Part shown: piece by piece, positions 36,493-49,709 of the stretch
How positions within the stretch are numbered: position 1 is the stretch's first letter
How the letters are laid out: the number at the start of each line of letters is the position of its first letter
Assembly: GCF_963921235.1 (NCBI RefSeq)
Contig: NC_086097.1
Location: 77,068,001 to 77,132,000 of the forward strand
Reading direction: 5' to 3'
Length of the DNA: 64,000 nucleotides
From: Mobula hypostoma
Taxonomy: Eukaryota
The notes under the pieces: model-generated
Told to the model about the DNA's origin: nothing
Databases searched by the model: none
The model's input: the letters and a program-made list of their open reading frames with translations, nothing else
Made by a program: the position numbers and the translations under genes

Positions 36493-39400
36493 GTCAGTGA
36501 AAATGAAGCTATATACGTGCATATTGTTATTTTGTTAGCAGATTGTTTGTTGTGCATGTTTTTTCATCAGTTGTGTGGATCATGTTCTCTGAGTATATGT
36601 TTAATAAGTAATATGTTATTTATTGATATTTTAGCCATTTTATGACACAGTATATAAATAATCTTTATGTGTGGTGTTATATTATGCAGCCCTGCCTTAC
36701 TGGCATATAGGTTCTTTGCAAATTTTGCCCTTTTCAATTCCTATGACTAAGCCCCATGTGCTTTTTGGAAAAGGAAGTCAATAGACTATAAAAGATCTTT
36801 GATTAAATTGGAATTGAGTCAAAAGGAACTCATTTATCTTTAACCGGTCATACGCCTAAATTAATCTGTAGAGTAATTATTATGCATAACCAGTTTAGGC
36901 AATAAAATTTCTTGTTCTGCAAATAACTACATCTCAATACAAACAAAACTGGCTCTGGTCTTCAAGTCACAAGCAAAATTTGGCATTTAAGAACCTGCAG
37001 ATCCATTTTTGTTTGCCATCTCAATTCAGCATTAAATATTTGTTCAAGTTCAAAAAGAGAAATGCAGAAGTGTCAAATAAGTAAAGTCAGAACAGCAGCT
37101 ATTATCTGAATGTGCTGCTCTCATGAAAAATAATACATGCAAAGACATAAACATAAGATTCTGAAATAACTAATTTATAAGTGACAACAATTTTACCTCT
37201 AATTTTACACCATTTAGGGCTCAACAATTTTACCCTTTCTATTCCAACACTGCCATAAAACACCTTACTTTGTAGGAGCTGCATACTTTTATTCCCAGTG
37301 CTAGGGGAGAAAGGTGCTTGGGGATGCAAAACTGTTGGTCCAAGACTGGACAAAAATTGTTTTATGATACTGCACACCTATTAGAAAGTAAAACAGTCCC
37401 CATCTTCAGGGTGCTATCCCAGCATATTTAACTATGCTAACAACTCCCAATTTTATTTCAGATTTTATCTGAATTTCTAATATTTAGCATGCTTCCATAT
37501 AACTAAGCTTATCTTCCTTCCTTTCATCCAGTGCTAAAGTGAACCATCAACACAAATGGTGAAAAATTAAAGGCAAAAGGAAACCCACCATTATTGCAAA
37601 AGGACACCCGGGCTTTTGAGAGTACTTTTCGGGTGAGGGAGGTTGGACTTCCTTTCAATGTACTGTTTCTCTAAATAATATACAAAATTTTCTGGATCAG
37701 TAACTCCAAAGAAAGTCAATTGAGCATTAATGCTTTCATTCTCAAGGTAAAGTTTGCACTGAGGCTTGGTATTGGAATGTACAACACAAAAAAAAACTTA
37801 AGCATGTTCTGCTAACAGATTTAGGGAACCAGGAACACCTCAAGTTCAAAACCAATCAATTATTAGCCAAATCACTGATGAAAATGTTGTAAGGAATAAT
37901 TGGTCAGAGGTCCTCGATTTACAGTTTAATTCTTTCAATGAAACTCTTGTGCATGCCTAGGAAAGCCCACTGTTAAAGTCAGCTCCGATGCATCCTGTAG
38001 CCAAATACCTTATTGAAATTACTGCTCACATATAACAACAGCTAATCAGTTGTGGCTTCCAAGGATTACCAACAACACTGAGGCAGGGTACATATAACAG
38101 GAATATGAGGGGGAAAAAAACCAGCCAAATATATTGAATAGTGTAAATGTATGAATAAAACCCCAACAATGCTGATTTTAAAAGTTAATATTCATTGCAA
38201 AAGCAAGTATGAAAGATCAATACAGTATTTATGCTTTAAAAATTATCTTCAACACTGTATATATTTTCAATTAGCATAAATCAATGGTGCAAAGTCTGAA
38301 TACAGTTAAAGATAAGCATTTCTCCATTTATTTTAAAGCACCATTTTGCTATTTCTGTCCTAGCTACATGTCCCAGCAACAATGGATAACCAACCTTTGT
38401 CTATCACTTCAAATGAAGCAGCATCTGTCACGTTCCACACCAAAGTATCACAATCATACTGGTTGATGTTCCATGACCGAAAAATCAATTACAAAACTTC
38501 CATCCTGATGGTTAAATCACTCCATTGCTTTACTGTCCCTCATCACCTTCATTTATACTTGCCTCCTCATATTTTTCACCCCCTGACACAAAATTATTCT
38601 TCACTCCTTCAGCTGCTATGCTCCTGCCTTCTGGAATCACTTAAAATCCATCATCTTTGTTACTATAATGCTTTCAAAAGCATCCTTAATATTATTCGCA
38701 TTAACTCTGCTCGTGCAACCCTCCCAACTACTTGGCTTTCCCCAAACCTCAGAGAGCTGCCTCATGTTTTTGGCTTTTTCTAAACTGCTTAGAGTCATGT
38801 TTTTGCAGCATGCACTAAAACACTGTGAAAGAGCACGATAGAAATGGAAGTTGCTGCCTACAAACCTCATGATGTTTGCAAACAATTAGTGAAGCATGAG
38901 ATACTGTACAAGCTTTACTTGTAACACTACAAATGGCCACATCCCACAAATCACTGACAATTTTAAACAACCTTACTGCTGATTTAATTAGTATACAATT
39001 GTTCTATGCTTGCCAAGTAACACTTTACATAGGGTGTCTGTACTTAAATAAAGTTATAATTTCTCAAGTGGAATGTAAATTTTCCAGAGGATATGTGGAG
39101 TACCCATTGTGGTGTGAGACATTGCCAGTAAATATATTCAGGTAATGCTCATAATATGCCTACACGTAAAATTTCTAAAAAGTATCTATGTCACGATGTT
39201 ATGCTTTCAATTCAATGTGCAAAAAAATAAAGAATCAGTATGGGAAAAGGAATTAAGCAGATAGATTGAGTAGGAAAAATAGAAGATTAACCTGTAATCA
39301 CATGTGGAACACACACAGAGCAGCAGAGAAGAATCAATGGCATCACCGGGCGAACCTAAGGACACAACAGACATCCCTGCAATCTTCATCGCTCCTTCCA

Positions 39401-39764
39401 CAACAAACTAATCTTCCTAAATCAGCAGTGAAAACTGAGTAAAACATAAATACCGAAGCTACCAGCACACTACCATTGTGGGAGTCAGTGAAGCATAACT
39501 GAATAAACTCTAAAATTCCACCCGCCATCTATTTCAGTTTCAGTTATTACCTAGTAAGGTGAGTAAACTTAAAATTCAATCTGGAAACCTAAACTGTAAA
39601 TATCTGATCATAGACATGAGATAAACATTAATTTTGACCAAAAACATGGCAATATCCACAAAGGCAGCAATGTGTTAGATCACTTTTACTAGTCCAAAAG
39701 GAATCTCGAATATACCAGCCACATATCTCTCAGAATATCAAACAATAATTTTAGAATATCCTAA

Positions 39765-41257
39765 AATAAAAACAGAAAAAAAAAACTGGAAATACTCAGG
39801 AGGTCAGGCTATGTGTGTGAAACTTGAAACAGCTGATGCTTCAGGATGAAGCTCCTTTGTCAAAACTGGGAAAGAGACAAAAAAAATGCTGACAAAGCTA
39901 CAGAAAGGGTGGGTGTAATGAGGATATCCTTGATGATCCTGGAGATAAACTGGTAAACTGGTTATCTTGTAAATGAATGAATGGAAACAGTTGGAGCAAA
40001 CATATGGGAGTTGTGAAATGCAAAGCAGGAAGACTGTGCTGGCAGAACAAAGTCAGCAGGTCACTTACTCCCAGAGGAAGATACAGATCAAAGATGGGGG
40101 TGGGGGTGTGGAGTGATGACAGTGGCAGAACCAAGCTAAATCATTGTCATGCATGGCAACTGATACAGAGTTATGTTAAAGCTGTAGTTTTCAATATTAA
40201 ACACAAGGCTGCAACACCATGATCAGGTTTTATTGCTCAAGCTTGTGTTGGGTCTCATTGTAACGGTTCAAGAAACCACACATCAATAATTCAAAGTAGG
40301 AATGGGGTGGAGAATGGGAATGCAGCAGGGCAATGGGAAGCTCAGGACAACCACTGAATACTGGTGTGCCACAAAGTGGTCACCAAATCTGTGCTTACTT
40401 CTGCAGCTCAGAAGAGCCCCACACTGTGAGCAGCGAATGCAGTACGTGACACTGGGAGAAGTGATTTGACCAGATAACCTTGATTACAGTTTATTCCCGT
40501 GGTCATCCCAGCCTTACCCTATCAGAGTCATCCTCTTGCCCCTCCCCATCATCTCTGCAGCATGAGTTCTGTTTCTGTACCCACAGATGCAGGTTCACCT
40601 GCTGAGTATTTTCAACATTTTATGTTTTATATTAGATGTCCTACATCTGGAAGTCTTTTTTTAAGAAACTGAACTAGAGTGTTAGAATTGAAAACAGTTT
40701 GTTGATTCACTCTGTGTTGCTCTGCCACCCTGATGGAGGCAGTGGATGAGAGTTCTCCAAAGCTGATGAGGTGTCGGAGACATGGTAGTCCACGGCCTCC
40801 CTTTGTGGCACAATAATGCCACCCTCAGGGTGGAGGAGCAACACCTTATATTCCACCTGGACAGCCTCCAACCTGATGCATAAATATCAATTTCTCCTTC
40901 TGATATATAAAAAAATCACTTCCCCTCCCCTCTTCTTCTATTCCTGACTCTGGCCCCTTACCTCTTCTCACCTGCCTATCATCTCCTCATGGGTCCTCTC
41001 CTCCTTCCCTTTCTCCTCTAGTCCACTCTCCTCTCCTATCAGATTCCTTTCTCTCCAGCACTTTGCCTTTCCTACCCACCTGGCTTCACCTCACACCTTC
41101 TAGCAATCCTCCTTCCCCTCTCCCCAACTTTTTATTCTGTCATCTTCCACCTTCCTTTCCAGTCCCGATGAAGGCCCTCAGCCAGAAACATCCACTGTTT
41201 ATCATTTTCATAGATGCCACCTGACATGCTGAGTTCCTCCAGCATTTTGTGTGTGTT
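39765..41257. mobile_element. Cluster of Penelope-like fragments (minus ~39765-40460, plus ~40480-40650 and ~40780-41257)
   Basis: 'RVEEQHLIFHLDSLQPDA' at ~40826-40880; terminal-repeat motif GATGCCACCTGACATGCTGAGTTCCTCCAGCATTTTGTGTG; hammerhead-like remnants at 41160-41197 and ~39830-39870 (minus). Confidence 0.8.
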
Positions 41258-43345
41258 TTTGGTTTTCATTGCAAGAGATCTTGAGTACAAGAATAGCAAT
41301 ATCTTGCTCCAATAGTACAGAGTGCTGGCAAGATAAATCTAAAATACTCTCCACTGATCTAGTCTCCTTAGTCAAGGAAGAATATGTTTACAGTAGAGAG
41401 ACTGCAGCAAATTGATTGTTGTGAATGAAAGATTTATCATACAAGGTGAGGTTAAACAAACTGGGCCTGTTCCCAGAATAAGAGGTAATCTCATAGAAGG
41501 TTACAAAATCCTTATAGGGCTTAAGAAAATAGATAGAGAGATGATGTTTCCCCTGAGACTCTTCATCGGGACTGGAAAGGAAGGTGGAGATGATATATCC
41601 ACAACCAGGGGTCACAATCACAAAATTAGGTGTTGACCATTTAGAGAAGAAAAGTAATTTTTCATTCAGAGGATTTTGAATCGATATAATCCTCAAGCCA
41701 AGGAGACAGCAGAAGTTCATTCACCACATACATTTCAGAATTTTAGATATTAAGAGATTTAGAGGAAACAAGGTTTCCATGGAAAAGTGATTAAAGATCA
41801 GCCGTGATCCTGATGATCACATAGATGGGGCAAATGGACCTCTCCTGTTTCTATTTCTTAAGTTGTAACAATTAATCTTTTATAAAATTCGTCAGTACAA
41901 TCTGACCCTTATTTTGATGCTTTATTTGTCTCATACTTCAGTATGTTTGAATACTTCTATTTTTTAGTTCCATTGTCTCTTTTTATAGCATCCCTTTTTA
42001 CAGAAGTATAACGAAGTAGTATCATATCATCATGATAACTTGAGGTAGTGTAAACTATATAAATAGTTCAATATCAGCCTAGGTTCAAGGATTTGGAACA
42101 GTAACATTGATATGCAGGTTCAACAGAAACACTTATGCAGGCTTTCAACTTTTCTGCTGCAAAAAGAGCTTGTATGTAATATAATGCTAGATGGGCTTTT
42201 GTCAGGGTTAGCTATGTTCTACCTCTACTTCAGTAAGTGAGCTGATCTATGCTAGGGTACCATCTGGATCACTGCTGTACCTAGAATAGTAACATGACAA
42301 ATGCAGTAGGAGGAAATTAGAATATGCATATTCCTAATGAATAATAAGCATTATTGGTCACAAGTGAAAACGAAATCAGCCATTATGTGGCTTTCTGTAA
42401 AACTGAAATGTTATTCTCAATGAGATTCTTCATTTATGTCAGATTTTTTTGCAGGTCATGAAACCTGATTAGTTCTATACCGTATTAGGAAAGTTGGGTA
42501 AAGACATGTTTGAATATTCTCCGCAGGCAAACTGAGCATTAAAAAAAAGACCAGTTCATCAGGCAGGCCTACTCCCATCTTCAGAACTTGCAACGTAGTG
42601 CAACACTTTTCTGAAGTATTGATAATCTTTACCCCTAAGAATAGCAAAATTACATTCAATTTTAAGAAGTTCTCCCCAAAATATCAAACACAGATCAAAA
42701 ATTATGATATATAGACCAAAATGGAACACAATACTCCAAATGCTAAAATAACAAATTTAAATGTTACTTGAACTTTGTTCTTTAGGACCTGAACTTCAGA
42801 TTGCTAAACCTCCAGCCCTCTTTTCCTACAGTTATCTCAAAACATTAACAAATCTTTGATGTACTCTAAAAACTTTCTTCTTGCACTCATTTTAAGGTCA
42901 AAACATGCCTTCCATTGCTATGAGCAACATAGCAATCACTTTTCCACATAAAATAGCATTTATTCTATGTGTAAACTTGTATTTTAATTTGACTTGACTA
43001 TATTAAAGTTTATAAATCAAATGAAGAGGCCCATAATATTGATCATGCAATGGCACATTCCCAACAGAAAGTCTCCCCAGAAAGCTAGTGAGAAAGGAAA
43101 TTAGGGAGGTCATTGCTACTCCAAAAGAGAAAATGATGGTGAACAAAAAAAATGCACCTGCAACAACAGAGACTGATTTCTTTCTCAAGTTATCTTCCAC
43201 CTCTGCTGCACCATACTTATTTTCAGCATTAGCATAACACACTAAAAACTGCAACTCATAAATGTCATAAGAATCTTCATTTGTAAAAACTTATTACGCA
43301 CCAATCTACAGTATTTCATATAATTGAAGGCCAATGATTTCCTAC

Positions 43346-43511
43346 CTGCAAAACTTAACAGCACATTAAAATCTGCACCTCGCAAAGTCTCTCCAACATC
43401 ATCGCCTTCTTTCTCTTCAGTTTTATATCTGTCCCAGTTTGAAACTATTTGTCTTCTCGAAAATTCATTAGGCTGATTGTACTCTTCCTTTGTTTCCGCG
43501 TCCTCTTCAAC
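43346..43511 (-). CDS. AVEN: AVEN coding exon 2 (166 nt, phase 0 to phase 1)
   Basis: Acceptor ttttgaaAG (43513-43512), donor GCAG|GTAGG. Translates VEEDAETKEEYNQPNEFSRRQIVSNWDRYKTEEKEGDDVGETLRGADFNVLLSFAG, matching the vertebrate AVEN motif (Y/F)S(K/R)RKIVSNWDRY...RGTDFSVLLSSAG. Confidence 0.95.
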
Positions 43512-46029
43512 CTTTCAAAATTAAAAAAAAAGCTAAAGCAAAACGTGTATCAGCACTGAAGAAGCAGTCAATTTGAGTGAGTAAAGCTCATAATCCTTAT
43601 AGTATACCATATTCAACATGAAATGCACCTTTGTACTTCACCATGGGTTGCCTGAACACTTTGATCCATCAAATAAAGGGACAATCTTGTCAAGTTCATA
43701 ATCAATGCTCTGTGCAATAATGAAATCTACACAGGCTTTTTTAATCCCTTACTGGCAGTAACATGTTGCTACTCTAGACCGTTTTGAAAGATTGCGTATG
43801 ATTAATCTGCAGACAGCAAACTTGAACATTTATGTAATGACCACATACAACTCATGCACAGCCTTTAGGGCAAAATCAGTTACGAGAAAAAACAAACCAC
43901 ACAAGACATGAAACATACAAATCAGGTCTCTATGCCATGACTTTTGAGCTTCATAACTTATTCCATTCTTGCAATCAACATCCGTTGAAATTATTTCTTC
44001 ATTTTATTTAGTTAGCAAGGTAGAGCACAGTAGGCTCTTCTGGCTCTTCAAGCCATACCACCCCAGTAACCTCCCCCCCCACCGCAACTCTGATTAACCC
44101 TAACTTAATCACGGGACAATTTACAATGACCAGTTAACCCATCTGGTACAACTCTGGTCTGTGGGACGAAACCAGAGCACGTGGGGAAAACCTACAGTAA
44201 GGACTTAAAGAGACTCCTTACTGATGGCACTGGAATTGAACTTCAAACTCAGATTCCCTGAGATGAATAGCATCGTGCTGACCACGACGTTACCATGGCT
44301 TTATCCACTTTTTATTACGGCTACTGTTCATACTTCCAAAAATAATTGCATTTTACACATTACCTTGCGTAAGTCCACAAAGTCCCTTAAAATATTTTGC
44401 AGACTTCCTTTAAACTCTTGTAGCTCCCTCCTCTATAGGTAGGGATAAATTTATGATCCATTAATTTCAAGTTCATATTTAATTGTCATTCAACCAACAT
44501 GAATACCCATGAATACAGCCAAACGAAACAGTGTTACTGCACTCATTAGAAATTTAGAACAGGCCATAAACTCAGAACTTTGTAACCTGGTTGGCTATCT
44601 TATGCAGAACAATGGGATGTTATATTTTACAAATACTTATCCTGGAGACATTAAGGGGTACAAGCAGCAAATGTGAGCCCACCATGATTATTGCTTTACC
44701 AGGGCTAGGGCAACTATAGGATTTGGCATAACCACCCAATAGGTTAGAGCAGGTCAGCTGGAGGTGGCCTTTGGCAGTTTTACATAGCCACACATGCATG
44801 CTTCCCATCTTGAAGAGGCTGAAAAGGCCTAAATTTCACTGCTGCAAGCTGGCATTCCTTGACGCAGGTAGGACTTACAATGCTTTGCAAATATCTACAC
44901 AAAAGAGGGGTATGATTAAGGCAAAAGATATGAAATATTAGATGAGACAAATACAGTATAATAAAATAATCTGCTATCCAGTTCTTTGGAAATCCTAATG
45001 GTTCAGCATCTGGCTCATTAGGGTCTTGGTTCCCATATACCCTTTAGACACAGACATAGAGCAAGAAAACAGGCCCTTCAGGCCAAACAAGATTCCCGTC
45101 AACACTAGTCCCATATTCCTTAAACCAATCCTTTCCATGTACCAGTCCAAGTGTCTTTTAAACATTGTTAATATACTTGACTCAATTACTTTCTCAAGCA
45201 TCTTATTCCAAATGCGGATCACCCTCGGTGTGATAAAGTTGCCTCTTGGGTTCCTATTAAATCTCTTCCCTCTCCCAAACCTATGTCCTCTAGATTTTGA
45301 TTCACAATTTTTGACAAAGACTGTGTGCATTCACCCAACTACTGCCCCTCATGGTTTTACACACACATCGGGATTCTATTCCAACAATGCCTTTAGAGGC
45401 CCTGTTTCCACTCTCTTTTCAAACTCGCTGGGGCCCCGTTTCCCATGCTCCTATTAAACTCACTTTGTTTTCTCTTCCACATTCCCTTTAAGCTCATCTG
45501 GTTCACCAGGAAGTTTTTTTTTAATCGGGAAGAAGATCTAAAAAAGCATGAATTAAATGGGTGCTGGTGTACTAATTGGTTTGATATCCAAGAGACTGGA
45601 AAAGCTGCCAAACCAGCTCCACCAAAGACCCAAGGTTAATGAATTATCAGAGTCTTACTGTAAAAGGGAAAGTATTACGGAGGTTTATCATCTTAGTCAT
45701 CAGATTATTTACTTATTGACTTACAGTGTGGAAAAGGCCCTTCCAGCTGTACCGCCCAGCAATCCCCCAATTTAGTCTGAACCTAATCGTGGGACAATTT
45801 ACAATGACCAATTAATCTACCACCAGGTACGGCGTTGGGCTATGGGAGGAAACAAGAGCACCCAGAGGAAACCTATGCAGTCGTGGGGAGAATGTACACA
45901 CTCCTTACAGGCAGTAGTGGGAATTAAACCTGGGTCGCTTGCACTGTGAAGGGTTGTGCTAACCACTAGACTGCTGTACTGCCCTGCATGAAATATATCC
46001 AAGGCCATTAATAAAAACGAGGGAAAAAT

Positions 46030-47165
46030 GCCAGATCCCCAACAATAATTTTTCAATCGGCCTGGCTAAAAAGTGGAGATGGAAGATTGGAGGGCTATTG
46101 TGTCATGCTACTGTTTAAAAAAGATTAACCAAATAATTACAGGAAAGTTAGCTAAACTTCCATGATGGGCAAATCCAAGGAAGAGGACAAAGCAATTTTT
46201 GAAAAAAAATAGAGAAATCAGAAATAGCACAAATATTGTAAGGCAAGATTACGTCTAAATAATGGAATCTTTGGAGGGAGGGTAACAAGGAAGGACAATG
46301 AGGGAAGTGTATTTGATGTGGCCTAATTGGATTTTAGCTAAGCTTTTGACAAGATTCCAATATGGCAGTCTAGTCAAAAAGAAAAGCCAGGGAGGGATCA
46401 AAGGCAGATTGGATCCAAACCTAGTCTAGTAATGAGAAGCAAAGGGTTATGGTTGGCGGGTGATTTTGTGACTGCAAGATTGTTACCAGTGGTTCCTTAC
46501 CGCCTGCTTTTGGTAATATCAATTAGGCCTAAATGTGGTGGACGTGATAAAGGACTTTGCACATGATGCAAAATTACCTGTGTGGTTGACCTTGAGCAGG
46601 TAAGCTTTAAATAGCTAGAGAATACAGAAGATCTGTTCAGTTGGGCAGAAAAGTGGAAAACTGAATTTAATCCAGAGTTTGGGGAAGGTGCAACAGGGCA
46701 GGGGAATATATAATATAGGTTAGACCATCTCTTAAGTTACAGCTGACAGTTCTGATCATGGCATTACATGAAAAAAGTGAACTGGAGAGGTGCAGAAAAC
46801 TTCTATAAGAACATTGCCAGGGGTGAAGGACAGTAGCTATGGGGAAAACTGTTTTCCTTTGAAATTTAATTGAAGGTATATAAAATTAGCTGGGCCGTAG
46901 ATAGCAGAAAGATCACACTTCCTTTGGCAGAGGAGTAAAGAATGGAACATGGATTTGAAGTAAATATAGAATCTAAGTGTAAACGAGGAAATGCTATTTC
47001 TACCCAGTGAGTGGTAGTGATCTGGATCTCACTGCTTGAAGGATGGTAGAAGCAGGAAACTTCATCACAATTAAAACAGACGAGTGCTGGAAGGTAGGAT
47101 TAGATCAGGCCCTTCTCTGCTGACAAAATGTACCAAATTGCCTACCACCATGTCATAAGTTTTCT
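46030..47165 (+). mobile_element. Old, heavily decayed CR1 ORF2 fragment
   Basis: Remnants of 'LDFS.AFDKIP' (~46327-46360) and 'FAHDAKL' (~46555), plus CR1 3' motifs. Confidence 0.7.
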
Positions 47166-47352
47166 TTGATTTGTGTGATTCAAACACCCATTTGAAAATA
47201 TGTGGCCACCTTCACTGCAGAAACTCAGTGCAATTTCCTCTGTAACGCCCTTAGTAATTAAGTTGCAGGATTTGAGCTTTGATTCAGAAAGTTTCAACAG
47301 ATCAAGGCTGAGTTTTGTAATTTAACAATTGCTAACTGTTTGCCCAGAGATA

Positions 47353-47690
47353 CAGTGGCATGCTAAGATTTGGGCACCCCGGTGAAAATTTCTGTTACTG
47401 CAACTAGTTAAGTGAGTAGAAGATGAACTGATCTCCAAAAGTCATAAAGTTAAAGATGAAACATTCTTTTCAACATTTTAAGCAAGATTAGTGTATTATT
47501 TTTGTTTTGCACAATTTTAGAGTGAAAAAAGAAAAGGAACACCATTCAAAAGTTTGGGCACCCCAAGAGATTTGAGCTCTCAGATAACTTTTACCAAGGT
47601 CTCAAACCTTAATTAGCTTGTTAGGGCTATGGCTTGTTCACAGTCATCGTTAGGAAAGGCCAGGTGATGCAAATTTTTTGCATGCCACTG
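47353..47690. mobile_element. Tc1-type MITE
   Basis: TIRs CAGTGGCATGC...GCATGCCACTG with TA on both sides. Confidence 0.9.
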
Positions 47691-47807
47691 TATATACAAC
47701 AGACTTGGCAGTTTTGGTAGACTTTCATAATAATCTGTCACACTGTATGTGGAATCTAAATAATGGATTTCTATCTAATGTGACGATGGATCTGTGGTTA
47801 TATTAAC

Positions 47808-49708
47808 ATAGAACAGTACAGGACTGTATGGGCCAGTTGACCCATTATGTCATGCTGATGTGTAACCTGGTTCACATTCAACCTGACCCTTCCTTCCTGT
47901 ATAGCCCATAACCCTCATTTTTCTTGCATCCATGTGCCTATCTAAGAGTCTCTTAAATGTCCCTGATGTACCACGCTCAACCACCACTCCCCTTAATTCT
48001 CCTCCACTGACTTTAAAGAAGGCCCTCTGGTGTCAGTCACTGTTCCCTAGGAAAAAGGCAATGGCTATTAACTCTATCTTTGCCTCTTATAATCTTGCAC
48101 ACCTCTATCAAGTCACCTCTCATCCTCCATCACTCCAAAGATATAAGCCCTAGCTCGCTTAACCTATCCTCATCAGACATTTTCTCCTGGTAAATTTCTC
48201 TGCACCTTATTTAAAGGTTCTGTATCCTTCCTATAATGGAGCGACTAGAACAGAACACAATACTCCAAGTGTGCATTGACCAAAATAGAGCTACAAATTA
48301 TCTCACAGCTTTTGAACTCAATCCCTGATTAATGAAGGCCAACACACCATACGCCTTCTTAACCAACCTATCAACTTGAGTTGCAACTTTGAGGGATGTA
48401 TGGACTTGGGGCCCCAAGATCCCTCTGTTCCTCCATACTACTAAGAACCCTGCCATTAACCCTGTATTCTACCTTCAAATTCAACCTTCCAAAGTGTATC
48501 ACTTCACACTTTTCTGGATTGAACTCCATCTGCCTCTTATCAGTCCAGCTCTACATTCTGTCTATGTCCCTTTGTCACCTACAACCTTCTAGAGTAACCC
48601 CAAAACCACCAACCTCTGTCGTCTGCAAACTTACTAACCCATCCTTCTACTAACTCATCCAAGTCATGCATAAAAATCACAAAGAGCAGAGGCCCCAGAA
48701 CAGATCCTTACGGAACACCACCATTCAATGACCTCCAGGCAGATATGCTCTATCTACTACCACCTTCTGCATTCTGTGGGCAAGCCAATTCCAAATACAC
48801 ATAGCCAGGTTTCCTTGGATCTCATGCTCATGATTTTCTGCATGAGTCTTGTTAAATGGCTTGCTAAAATCCATATACACTGAGTGTATATTTGTATTTT
48901 TTGTTGTTAAAGCCCACTACAGTTCGACATGCTGTGCTTTGAGAGATGCTGTTCTGTACACCACTGCTGTAATGTGTGGTTATTTGTGTTACTGTCACTT
49001 TCCTATCAGTTTAAACCAGTTTGGCCATTTTCCTCTGACCTCTCATTAACAAGGCGTTTTCGGCCACAGAACTGCCACTCACTATATTTTTTTTCGCTTC
49101 TCACACCATTCTCTGTAAACTCTAGAGAATGTTATGTGTGAAAATCCCAGAAGATCAGCAGTATCTGAGATATTCAAATCACCCCATCTGGCACCAACTC
49201 CATGGTAAAGCCATTCAGATCACTTTTCTTCCCCATTCTGATGTACGGTCTGAACAACAACTGAACCTCTTGACCATGTCTGAATGCTTTTATACATTGA
49301 GATGCCACATGACTGGTTGATTAGATATTTGCATTAGCGAGGTGTACCTAAAAAAATGGCCACTAAGTGTAGACAATGTCCACAGTTCTACCTACATCAA
49401 TTTGTTTTGGTACTTCCTCGAAAAAGTCAATCTGGTTTGTGAGGTACAACCTACCCTTCACAGTGCCATGCTGACTATCCCTAATCAGACTGTGTTCTTC
49501 TAAATGCTCATAAATCCTGTTCCTAAGAATCCTCTCTATTGGTTCTCCCAGTACTGACACAAGACTCACTAGTCTAAAGTTCCTAGGATTTATCCCTATT
49601 TCCTTCCTTAAACAACATGTGCCATCTTCCACCATCCTCTAGTACTACTCCTGTGGACAGTGAGGACACAAAGATCATTGTCAGCACTGTAGCAATCTCT
49701 TCTCTCAC
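47808..49708 (-). mobile_element. Fragmented CR1 LINE interrupted by a Tc1 MITE (~48876-49371)
   Basis: CR1 RT remnants ('NFRLVSLVSVLG...IRDSQHG.VKGR', ORF 49635-49363) and 3' tail; MITE ends ...GGCCACTAAGTGTA. Confidence 0.8.
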
Positions 49709-49709
49709 T

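Noticed and set aside
38382..38783. 133-aa ORF and other short ORFs in AT-rich intron sequence
   Set aside because: No splice signals, domain similarity or codon pattern supporting coding function.
1..43345. AVEN exon 3 and later exons; CHRM5 coding exon
   Set aside because: No 'DSFSQFRFAEEKEW'-like exon was seen on the minus strand and there is no long 7-TM ORF on the plus strand; both presumably lie outside the window.
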